From Nitrospinaceae bacterium (GTDB taxonomy: Bacteria; Nitrospinota; Nitrospinia; Nitrospinales; Nitrospinaceae), in NCBI GenBank assembly GCA_965223665.1, contig OZ245011.1, positions 4,096,001 to 4,160,000 on the forward strand: a DNA stretch of 64,000 nt. Reading direction: 5' to 3'. The position numbers and the translations under genes are program-made. Below, piece by piece: positions 20,515 through 28,314 of this stretch (position 1 is the stretch's first letter; each line of letters opens with the position of its first letter). The notes below the pieces were generated by a model that was given only the letters and a program-made list of their open reading frames with translations, was not told where the DNA came from and searched no databases.

Positions 20515-21867
20515 ATGAAGAAAATAAAAAGGGGTCAATGGTCTTCTTATTTCACTTTTATTCTTGCTGCCACCGGATCAGCAGTGGGATTGGGAAATAT
20601 TTGGAAGTTTCCTTTCGTTGTTGGAGTTAATGGTGGAGGAGCATTTGTAATAGTCTATTTGATTTGTATTGTTTTGATTGGCATCCCCATAATGATTGCA
20701 GAGGTAATGTTGGGGAAAAGAGGAAAGTTAAATCCTATCAACACAATGAGGAAACTTGCAAAGGAAGAAGAGTGTAGTCCTCATTGGCAATGGGTAGGAT
20801 GGTCGGGAACATTGGCAGGGTTCATTATATTTTCTTTCTATAGTGTAATTTCGGGTTGGGTTTTATATTATATTTTTCTTTCATTTTCTAAAGGTTTTTC
20901 CTCCCTTTCCATGGTGGAGGCGCAATCATTATTTCAAGGGTTAGTAGAAAACTCTCTTCTGGTAATGATTTGTCATTCATTATTTGTAGTGATGACTCTG
21001 GTAGTGGTTGCGAAAGGAATCCAAAAAGGATTTGAAAAGGCTGTTACCATTCTAATGCCGGTTTTGCTAATTCTCCTTGTTCTTCTTTTGGGTTATTCAA
21101 TGAATTCTGGTGCCTTTATGAAGGCAATGCATTTTTTGTTTTATCCTGATTTCACAAAACTTTCTGCAGAGAGTATATTAGCCGCAATGGGACAGGCATT
21201 TTTTACTCTTAGTCTGGCCTCAGGTGCCATCATGGTCTATGGTTCCTACCTTCCTACTCAAACGTCTATTCCCAAATTATGTTTTGTCATTGGAATTGCG
21301 GATACCGCTATAGCATTGTTATCTGGTCTTGTAGTATTTCCTATAGTTTTTGCTCAAGAGTTGCCTCCCTCTTCAGGACCCGGTTTAGTGTTTCAAGCTC
21401 TTCCGGTTGCATTTTCTGCTATGCCAGGCGGTAATTGGTTTGCTCCTTTATTTTTTATTTTATTTGTATTTGCAGCTTGGACTTCTTCGATATCAATGAT
21501 TGAAGCTGCGGTTTCTTGGATAATTGAAAACTCCGTTTGGAGTCGTTTACAAGCGTCGTTCATTGTTTGTTTGGGAGGTTGGTTCCTGGGATTGGGAACC
21601 ATTTTTTCTTTTAATATATGGAAGGGTTTTACCATTAACGGGAAGTCTTTTTTTGATTGTTTAGATTTTTTAACTTCTAATATCATGCTTCCATTGGGTG
21701 GAATATTTATAGCTATTTTTGTTGCCTGGAAATTTTCTGAAAACGTATTGCAGGAAGAATTAAAATCAATGAATCTTTTCGGCATTAAAATTTGGCGGTG
21801 GGTCACAGGCTGGATTGCTCCCGGTTTGGTGTTGCTGGTGTTTTTGCATTCAATGGGAGTTTTTTAA
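20515..21867 (+). CDS. Neurotransmitter:sodium symporter (NSS) family amino acid transporter
   Basis: GSAVGLGNIWKFP, GQAFFTLSL, YGSY, FAAWTSSIS. Confidence 0.93.
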   Translation: MKKIKRGQWSSYFTFILAATGSAVGLGNIWKFPFVVGVNGGGAFVIVYLICIVLIGIPIMIAEVMLGKRGKLNPINTMRKLAKEEECSPHWQWVGWSGTLAGFIIFSFYSVISGWVLYYIFLSFSKGFSSLSMVEAQSLFQGLVENSLLVMICHSLFVVMTLVVVAKGIQKGFEKAVTILMPVLLILLVLLLGYSMNSGAFMKAMHFLFYPDFTKLSAESILAAMGQAFFTLSLASGAIMVYGSYLPTQTSIPKLCFVIGIADTAIALLSGLVVFPIVFAQELPPSSGPGLVFQALPVAFSAMPGGNWFAPLFFILFVFAAWTSSISMIEAAVSWIIENSVWSRLQASFIVCLGGWFLGLGTIFSFNIWKGFTINGKSFFDCLDFLTSNIMLPLGGIFIAIFVAWKFSENVLQEELKSMNLFGIKIWRWVTGWIAPGLVLLVFLHSMGVF

Positions 21868-21979
21868 AGAAAATATTTAAACCAAACCATTGCTAAATAT
21901 TTTGTTGCTCCTTTCTTACTTACTGCGGTAAGATTGCTCGTCTATCCGATAGAATTTCCAACCAAAAAGAGGAGGTCTG

Positions 21980-23437
21980 TTGAGCCAGAGCACCTCAAAA
22001 ATTCCTAGAGATTCAAGAATCGCCATTATCGGTGCCGGACCGGCAGGGTTATCTACCGCATGGTTTTTGGCCAAGCATGGATTTGAGAACGTAACCGTTC
22101 TGGAAAAGCTCGGACGTGTGGGCGGACTCTGCAAAAGTATCACTATCAAAGGTATGTCCTATGACATCGGAGCAAACTATGTGACTTGGGCTTATACAGA
22201 AACTCTAAAAATAGCTGACGAATTAGGAGCAGAGACTTACGAAGAAAAACCTTACACCTCTATAGAAATAAATGAGGATGGCACTTCTGCCAGGTATAGA
22301 CCTCTGGAAGAAGCGGTCCTTTACAACCCCATTAAGAAAAAGAAAATTAAGTTTTGGGATTTAATGGTTGCGGCCATTCGTTATTTAATAATCCGCTTCA
22401 AGATCAGAAAGATAATTGATCGACCGGATTACCTTGCCAAAATAAATAAAGAGACCCATCCTGAGTTGTGTAAATCCTTTATGGATTGGTTGAGAGATCA
22501 TAAATTGGATGACTTGACGACTTTGTTCGAGTTTCCCATTACCATTATGGGTTATGGCCAATTGCGCCACATTGCAACTCCCTATGCTTTAAGATATATG
22601 TCTCTCAAAACTTTTTTTCCAATGGTAGTCCAACCTCTTCCTCTTATTGGTCCCATCCTTAGCCTATTTTTCCCATGGCCCAGGCGTTTTTCAGCAGGGT
22701 TTCAAAGATTGTGGGAACGTGTTGCCTGGTCTACTAATGTCAGGCTAAATATTAAAATCAATAATGTTAAGAGAGATCCGACTGCTACCGAATCACCTAT
22801 CATCATTGATTTCAATAAACCACATCAGGAAATGAATGAACTTGATTATTCGGAAAATGTAAAAATGCATTTTGATTATTTGATTATGGCTTGCCCTCTG
22901 ACTCAGGACGTTTTTGATGGTTTGAAACTGGATAAAACTCCCGGAGAAGAAATTTTTAATAAGATTCATGTCAATCCCTACTGCATGACAACCTACTGGG
23001 TGGACAATATGGATATGCCAGAGCCGATTGCTCCTATACTTCCGCTTCCAAAAATTGGCAAACCCTGGGCAGTGGCGCGCCAATTCCAGCACAATGGAAA
23101 TCATTTCACGCAATTCTACACTCGAACCAAAGAATCGAAGACCCTTGAAGAAATGAACCAGGATGAAATTGAAGTGAAAAAAGAGGTTAAAAAACTCATC
23201 GAGTTACTAAATGGAAAGATCGATGAAACTCACTCCAAGTGGGAAACCTATGACCGCTTCACTTACTTCCAACACGTTGAGCCAGAAGATATTGCCGATG
23301 GGTTTTACAAAAAACTCGCCGACTTACAGGGTCAAGACCGGACGTTTTATGTAGGGGGTGTCACCGATTTCGAGCTCATAGAGCCCATCGTTCAACACTC
23401 CAAATACCTCGTTGAAAAGCATTTCGTTGGTCTTTAA
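21980..23437 (+). CDS. FAD-dependent oxidoreductase resembling polyunsaturated fatty acid (linoleate) isomerase
   Basis: DSRIAIIGAGPAGL, VGGLCKS, MGYG, YFQHV..ED...G.Y.KL..LQG...TFY.G; RBS AGGAGG before TTG. Confidence 0.7.
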   Translation: MSQSTSKIPRDSRIAIIGAGPAGLSTAWFLAKHGFENVTVLEKLGRVGGLCKSITIKGMSYDIGANYVTWAYTETLKIADELGAETYEEKPYTSIEINEDGTSARYRPLEEAVLYNPIKKKKIKFWDLMVAAIRYLIIRFKIRKIIDRPDYLAKINKETHPELCKSFMDWLRDHKLDDLTTLFEFPITIMGYGQLRHIATPYALRYMSLKTFFPMVVQPLPLIGPILSLFFPWPRRFSAGFQRLWERVAWSTNVRLNIKINNVKRDPTATESPIIIDFNKPHQEMNELDYSENVKMHFDYLIMACPLTQDVFDGLKLDKTPGEEIFNKIHVNPYCMTTYWVDNMDMPEPIAPILPLPKIGKPWAVARQFQHNGNHFTQFYTRTKESKTLEEMNQDEIEVKKEVKKLIELLNGKIDETHSKWETYDRFTYFQHVEPEDIADGFYKKLADLQGQDRTFYVGGVTDFELIEPIVQHSKYLVEKHFVGL

Positions 23438-23707
23438 TTTTAATTTGCACTAAAAATCAGTTCTGCCTCAAATATTTTCTCCCCAAAGATTCATTAATAT
23501 CACAAAAAAATAACCTCGGAATATCTGGCTAAAAAACTTTTAAATCAATAAGTTAAATCTGCATAGTTGTAATGAAGGGAAACTATATTTTTTCGAAACA
23601 CTATTTTTTTGTTGACACTGGTGTTTGTAAGTGCAAGTATTCGGAAAATTTTAATGTTCCGAATCTAGTTGGTTTTGTCTTAGTATCTCATTAATTGCTG
23701 ATTTCTC

Positions 23708-23989
23708 ATGGTTCGATTGATAAAAAGTCCGACTAAAAAGTGCCTTCCTTTTTGGGTTGTGGCAATGGTTTCGCTACTGACTCTTCTTTTCTCGCAAATT
23801 TCTCATGCCCAGGAAACCCTGGTGTTTGGGCCTGAAACGGTGACTCAAGCGGGGAGCAAAACCGTCACCCAAACTTTTGAGTTTGAAGTTTCTGCTGCAA
23901 CTTCTGGATTTATTCGCGTTTACTCCAACGATGTAGATGATGGGAATGTCACTTTCAATGCCGATAGAATCCTGGGTAAGACCAATTGA
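23708..23989 (+). CDS. N-terminal segment (signal peptide plus half of the first repeat) of the frameshifted large surface protein
   Basis: Signal peptide ending SHA; LVFGPET...TFEFEV matches QLFGPET...TFEFEV in the next ORF. Confidence 0.75.
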   Translation: MVRLIKSPTKKCLPFWVVAMVSLLTLLFSQISHAQETLVFGPETVTQAGSKTVTQTFEFEVSAATSGFIRVYSNDVDDGNVTFNADRILGKTN

Positions 23990-26900
23990 CTCCCGGCCAG
24001 GCCACCGTTGAAGCACCTGTAGAATTATTATCGGGAACCAACACCCTGACGGTGAAGGTAAAAGACAGTCCCGGGGGGTCATTGCAGGTTTCCATTTTTT
24101 CCGGGACTCCGGATCCACGGGTTCCGGGAACTGATGAGATCCAGCTATTTGGACCTGAAACCATTATAAAACCCAACAAGCCTTCGGTCACCGAAACTTT
24201 TGAGTTTGAGGTACCCGCGAACCGTGACGCCCTTCTTTATGTCACCAATAACAATGATGTCACTGAAGCCACGGTTTCTTTAAATGGCCACGAAATTATC
24301 GGACCGGATCGTTATAACAAGAAAATATCAAGTATAGAATTGGCAGTTCAACTTGTACAAGGAACGAACACATTGGTCGTTGCGATCGATGCAAAGGCAG
24401 GAGCTATCCTTGTTGTAACCCTGTTTGTGTTTGATGAACCACCGACAGCAAGCTTTACCGCGTCGCCCACTTCGGGAACGGTGCCCTTAACCGTTTCATT
24501 TGATGCAAGTGGATCGATGGATCCCGATAATGATATTACTTCGTACAGTTGGAACTTTGGCGACGGCAACTCTGGGACGGGGGTGAGCGCCACTAATGAT
24601 TACTTGAATCCAGGAACCTATACAGCGATCTTAACCGTGACCGATGCTTTTGGTTTATCTGATCAGACTTCTATTTTAATTGAAGCGCAACCGGCCAATA
24701 GCCTTCCTGTTGCTGCATTTACCGCATCGCCGACATCGGGAACGGTGCCGTTTTTAGTGTCGTTCGATGCGAGTGGGTCCACTGATCCCGATAACGACAT
24801 CACCTCGTACGATTGGAATTTTGGCGATGGGTTTGCCGGAACAGGAGTTACCATAGATCATTTATATAATCTGAGTGGGCCGATCACAGTGACGTTAACG
24901 GTTACAGGTTCAACAGGTCTGACTGATCAAACTACAACCCAGATCGATGGAAGTGCTCCGCCAACGATCAGCATTACATCACCAAATGCGGGTGCCTTCG
25001 TCATTCAAAACCGTCCGCCCATACAAATTAATTTTACTGACGATGAAGCGGTGGACACGGCCAGCTTAAGCTTTACTGCCAATGGTCAATCCCTAGCCGT
25101 GAGTTGCACTTTGGATACGACGTTTGGTACCTGTACCCCCACGGAAGATTTGCCTGAAGGCGATGTTACGTTAGCCGTTTCTATCAGCGATTTAGAGGGA
25201 GCCACTGGCAATACTTCCATTGATTTTTTTGTAGACAGTGTGCCTGTGGAAGTGGCGATTCTGTCTCCACAAAATGGAACCATCACAAAAGATTCGTTTA
25301 TCACAGTAACGGGATCCATTGGTCCTACGGTCATCTCTCTTACTGTGAATGGGGTGGACGCTACAATTACTGGAAGTAGTTTTACCGCCTCGGTGCCACT
25401 GCGCGAAGGCAGCAACATGCTGGTAGCCACGGGACTCAATGTCAACAATAAGCCCGGGGTGGATGCCGTAGACGTCACCCAGGATTTACAGAATCCAATC
25501 ATTCGCATCAATTCCCCCGGTGACGGATTTGTGGCAGTCGATGATAAAGTCACTGTTACCGGTATCGTCAATGACATTGTTGATGGTGGAGTAGTACCGA
25601 CGGTTGCGGTGAATGGTCAAACGGTACCAGTGGTCAATGATACTTTTGTGGCAGTCGACTTACAATTAGCAAGAGGACCCAATACCATTGAGGCCAAAGT
25701 GACAGATGGGGCGGGGAACGAAGGAACGCATAGTATTACAGTCAATTTTCAGCAACCGGCCGGACCGCGAATACGGTTCTCTTCCGGCAATGGCCAGACC
25801 GCTACGGTGGGACAGCAATTAACAAATCCACTCACGGTGCTCATCGGAGATGAACTAGGGAATCCCATCGCTGGTAGATTGGTGCGGTTTGAAGTGACCC
25901 GTAACAACGGAACCCTCACTGGAACCGGAGTCACCGAATCACCGCGGATTGTGTCGGTGCCAACTAATGGCAGCGGATTGGCCAGTGTCCAGTTTACGTT
26001 AGGCACCACCGCCGGCGGCGGTAATAACCGAGTGAAAGCGACGTCTTTAGGTGTCGCAGGAGAAGTGGAATTTTGCGCGACCGGTCTACCGGGTCCGCCC
26101 AGCCAAATTATAGCCAACATGGGAATGAACCAACGCGGCGGTATTGGCCTGCCGGCACCTATGCCTTTTGAAATATTGGTCGTGGATACCAACGGCAATC
26201 CGGTTTCGGGTGTCGATGTTACTTTTCAAGTGATCCAGGGCGGCGGAAATATTAATAACCTGGATAGCTGGTTACAGCCTACAGATGCCAATGGAGTGGC
26301 TCGATCCGCATTCACTTTAGGATTTGAACCGGGAATCAATAACAACGTCGTCACAGCAGATTTTTCGGGACTGACGGGGCTTCCCGCCACGTTTACGGTT
26401 ACGGGATTGGAACCGGGCGATCCGGCCAACACAACGTTTACCGGAGTGGTGTTGGATAATGCACAAACTCCTATACCCGGGGCAGTTATCAGCGTCGAAG
26501 GGGGAACCCCCTCGACCACAACCGATGCAGAAGGTCAGTTTGAATTGACGGGAGTTCCCGTGGGGCCGATACTATTACATATCGATCCGTCAGGCAGTTC
26601 AAGGCCGGAGACGTTTCCCCCGCTGGAGTTTGAAACGTTCACGGTAGCGGGAAATGAGAATATTCTGGGTCAGCCCATTCTCATTCCACCGATTGACACA
26701 GCCTCTGAAAAACTGGTCGGCGGAGCGACGGATGTGATTTTAGAAATGGCCGAAGTGCCGGGAGTGCAACTGAAAGTGTTTGCCAATTCTGCCACCTTTC
26801 CTGATGGTTCTTCGACGGGAACTTTATCGATCAGCCAGGTGCATTTGAACAAAGTTCCGATGCCACCGCCGGATGGAGTCATTCCCTCTGTGGCGTGGAC

Positions 26901-27693
26901 CCTGCAACCTGCAGGCGTTCACTTCGATCCTCCGGCCCAACTCACGTTGCCGAATAGTGATGGTCTCTTACCGGGAAGCATTATTGAAATCTATCAGTTT
27001 GATCACGATATTTTTGAGTTTGTCAGTGTAGGGCGTGCTACAGTTTCCGAAGACGGTCTCACCATGACCACGGACCCGGGGTTTGGTGTATCAAGAACAG
27101 GCTGGGGAGCACCAAGTCCACCGCCAACATCAGCTACTTGTTCGGGTGGATGTAACGATAACAATCGTTGTACTGACGATGGCTGTGAAAATGGTTTTTG
27201 TAATTTTGAGAAACTCACTGAACCGCAAACTATAGCCAATGGATGCAAGGGGTGCATCAACGGTACTCCCATTAAACCGAAAACTAAAGCACAATGTTGC
27301 CGGGTAGTAATTGATCCAACAGCTGGTGGTCGAGTTGCTTGTTGTAATGGCAATCTTACAGCTTGTGTTGATGTTAAAGGAACTCATCCTAATAATAATA
27401 TTTTTAGGGAATGCCTCAAAATTCACGAGCAAAGACATTTCTCTGATTTGACTTGTCCAAACGATGAAAATTCACCAAACCCATGCGGAACCACTAGGCC
27501 TGATTTTCCACAGGGAGAACAACCTCAAGCCGAATGCGATGCTTATGCAGTTGAAGTAGCTTGTTTGCAGGCAGCCCAAGCAACCAAATGTAATGGCGAT
27601 ATCGTATGTGAACAGTCAGTGGAAGATGAAATTGAAAAAAGAAAAAATAAAGGTAATGAAGAAAAACCTGGGTGTTTCCCACAAGAACAATAA
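23986..27693 (+). CDS. Large extracellular protein: 2 PKD domains, Ig-like repeats, carboxypeptidase-regulatory-like and ZU5-like segments, Cys-rich HExxH C-terminal tip
   Basis: FDASGSxDPD..WNFGDG twice; Ig-like repeats; GVVLDNAQTPIPGA; QPAGVHFDPPAQLTLP; C-terminal HEQRH...ECDAY. Confidence 0.8.
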   Translation: MTPGQATVEAPVELLSGTNTLTVKVKDSPGGSLQVSIFSGTPDPRVPGTDEIQLFGPETIIKPNKPSVTETFEFEVPANRDALLYVTNNNDVTEATVSLNGHEIIGPDRYNKKISSIELAVQLVQGTNTLVVAIDAKAGAILVVTLFVFDEPPTASFTASPTSGTVPLTVSFDASGSMDPDNDITSYSWNFGDGNSGTGVSATNDYLNPGTYTAILTVTDAFGLSDQTSILIEAQPANSLPVAAFTASPTSGTVPFLVSFDASGSTDPDNDITSYDWNFGDGFAGTGVTIDHLYNLSGPITVTLTVTGSTGLTDQTTTQIDGSAPPTISITSPNAGAFVIQNRPPIQINFTDDEAVDTASLSFTANGQSLAVSCTLDTTFGTCTPTEDLPEGDVTLAVSISDLEGATGNTSIDFFVDSVPVEVAILSPQNGTITKDSFITVTGSIGPTVISLTVNGVDATITGSSFTASVPLREGSNMLVATGLNVNNKPGVDAVDVTQDLQNPIIRINSPGDGFVAVDDKVTVTGIVNDIVDGGVVPTVAVNGQTVPVVNDTFVAVDLQLARGPNTIEAKVTDGAGNEGTHSITVNFQQPAGPRIRFSSGNGQTATVGQQLTNPLTVLIGDELGNPIAGRLVRFEVTRNNGTLTGTGVTESPRIVSVPTNGSGLASVQFTLGTTAGGGNNRVKATSLGVAGEVEFCATGLPGPPSQIIANMGMNQRGGIGLPAPMPFEILVVDTNGNPVSGVDVTFQVIQGGGNINNLDSWLQPTDANGVARSAFTLGFEPGINNNVVTADFSGLTGLPATFTVTGLEPGDPANTTFTGVVLDNAQTPIPGAVISVEGGTPSTTTDAEGQFELTGVPVGPILLHIDPSGSSRPETFPPLEFETFTVAGNENILGQPILIPPIDTASEKLVGGATDVILEMAEVPGVQLKVFANSATFPDGSSTGTLSISQVHLNKVPMPPPDGVIPSVAWTLQPAGVHFDPPAQLTLPNSDGLLPGSIIEIYQFDHDIFEFVSVGRATVSEDGLTMTTDPGFGVSRTGWGAPSPPPTSATCSGGCNDNNRCTDDGCENGFCNFEKLTEPQTIANGCKGCINGTPIKPKTKAQCCRVVIDPTAGGRVACCNGNLTACVDVKGTHPNNNIFRECLKIHEQRHFSDLTCPNDENSPNPCGTTRPDFPQGEQPQAECDAYAVEVACLQAAQATKCNGDIVCEQSVEDEIEKRKNKGNEEKPGCFPQEQ

Positions 27694-27702
27694 AGGTTTA
27701 AT

Positions 27703-28284
27703 ATGCCATATTCTTCACATTTAAAGTTGTTCCTGGTAATAATTAGTTTGTTGATATTTCCAAATTTGGTTTTGGCTCAAGGAGATTGTGGCGCACCTGA
27801 GTTGTCCTTAGAACAAATTCACGAAATTATTAAAAAGGAAAGATTAAAGAGGAGTGATTTGCCTCAGGCGTTTCCCAAATATGAATATAGCTTAAAAAAA
27901 CAAGGTTGTTACTATATCTATTTTGAAAAAAAGCAGCCTTATGAAATTCATTACTCTCGTAGTTTTACACTTAATAGATTTGGCGCTATTGTCGAAGTTC
28001 GAAGAGGCCATGGTTTAGAAGTAGAACTTAAATGCCCTGAGAAAGTGTATTCCGAAAGTGAAGTAGAGAAAATCATTAAGAAAGAGCGTGAATTGCACCG
28101 GGATATACCACCACCTTTTTCAAATTTCAAAGTGCAATTTAAAAGAATTGGCTGCTCTTATTGGTATGTTGAGGTGGAATTACCGGAAGAATCCAAAAAT
28201 TATATAGCTTTTAAAATTGATGCTTTTGGTGGGTTGATGAAATTTTCTCGTGACAAACGTAAAAGCCAAAGCAAAAGAGAATAA
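27703..28284 (+). CDS. Secreted protein of two ~75-aa tandem PepSY-like repeats; candidate immunity protein or peptidase inhibitor
   Basis: Signal peptide (VLA/QG); repeats LSLEQIHEIIKKER..GC..LNRFG and YSESEVEKIIKKER..GC..IDAFG. Confidence 0.6.
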   Translation: MPYSSHLKLFLVIISLLIFPNLVLAQGDCGAPELSLEQIHEIIKKERLKRSDLPQAFPKYEYSLKKQGCYYIYFEKKQPYEIHYSRSFTLNRFGAIVEVRRGHGLEVELKCPEKVYSESEVEKIIKKERELHRDIPPPFSNFKVQFKRIGCSYWYVEVELPEESKNYIAFKIDAFGGLMKFSRDKRKSQSKRE

Positions 28285-28314
28285 TAATTTGATAAAAATA
28301 TTTTGGAATAATTT

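Noticed and set aside
27073-27087. DPGFG as an Rhs-type DPxG autocleavage motif
   Set aside because: There are no YD/Rhs repeats or PxxxxDPxG context; it was kept only as a landmark near the stalk/tip boundary.
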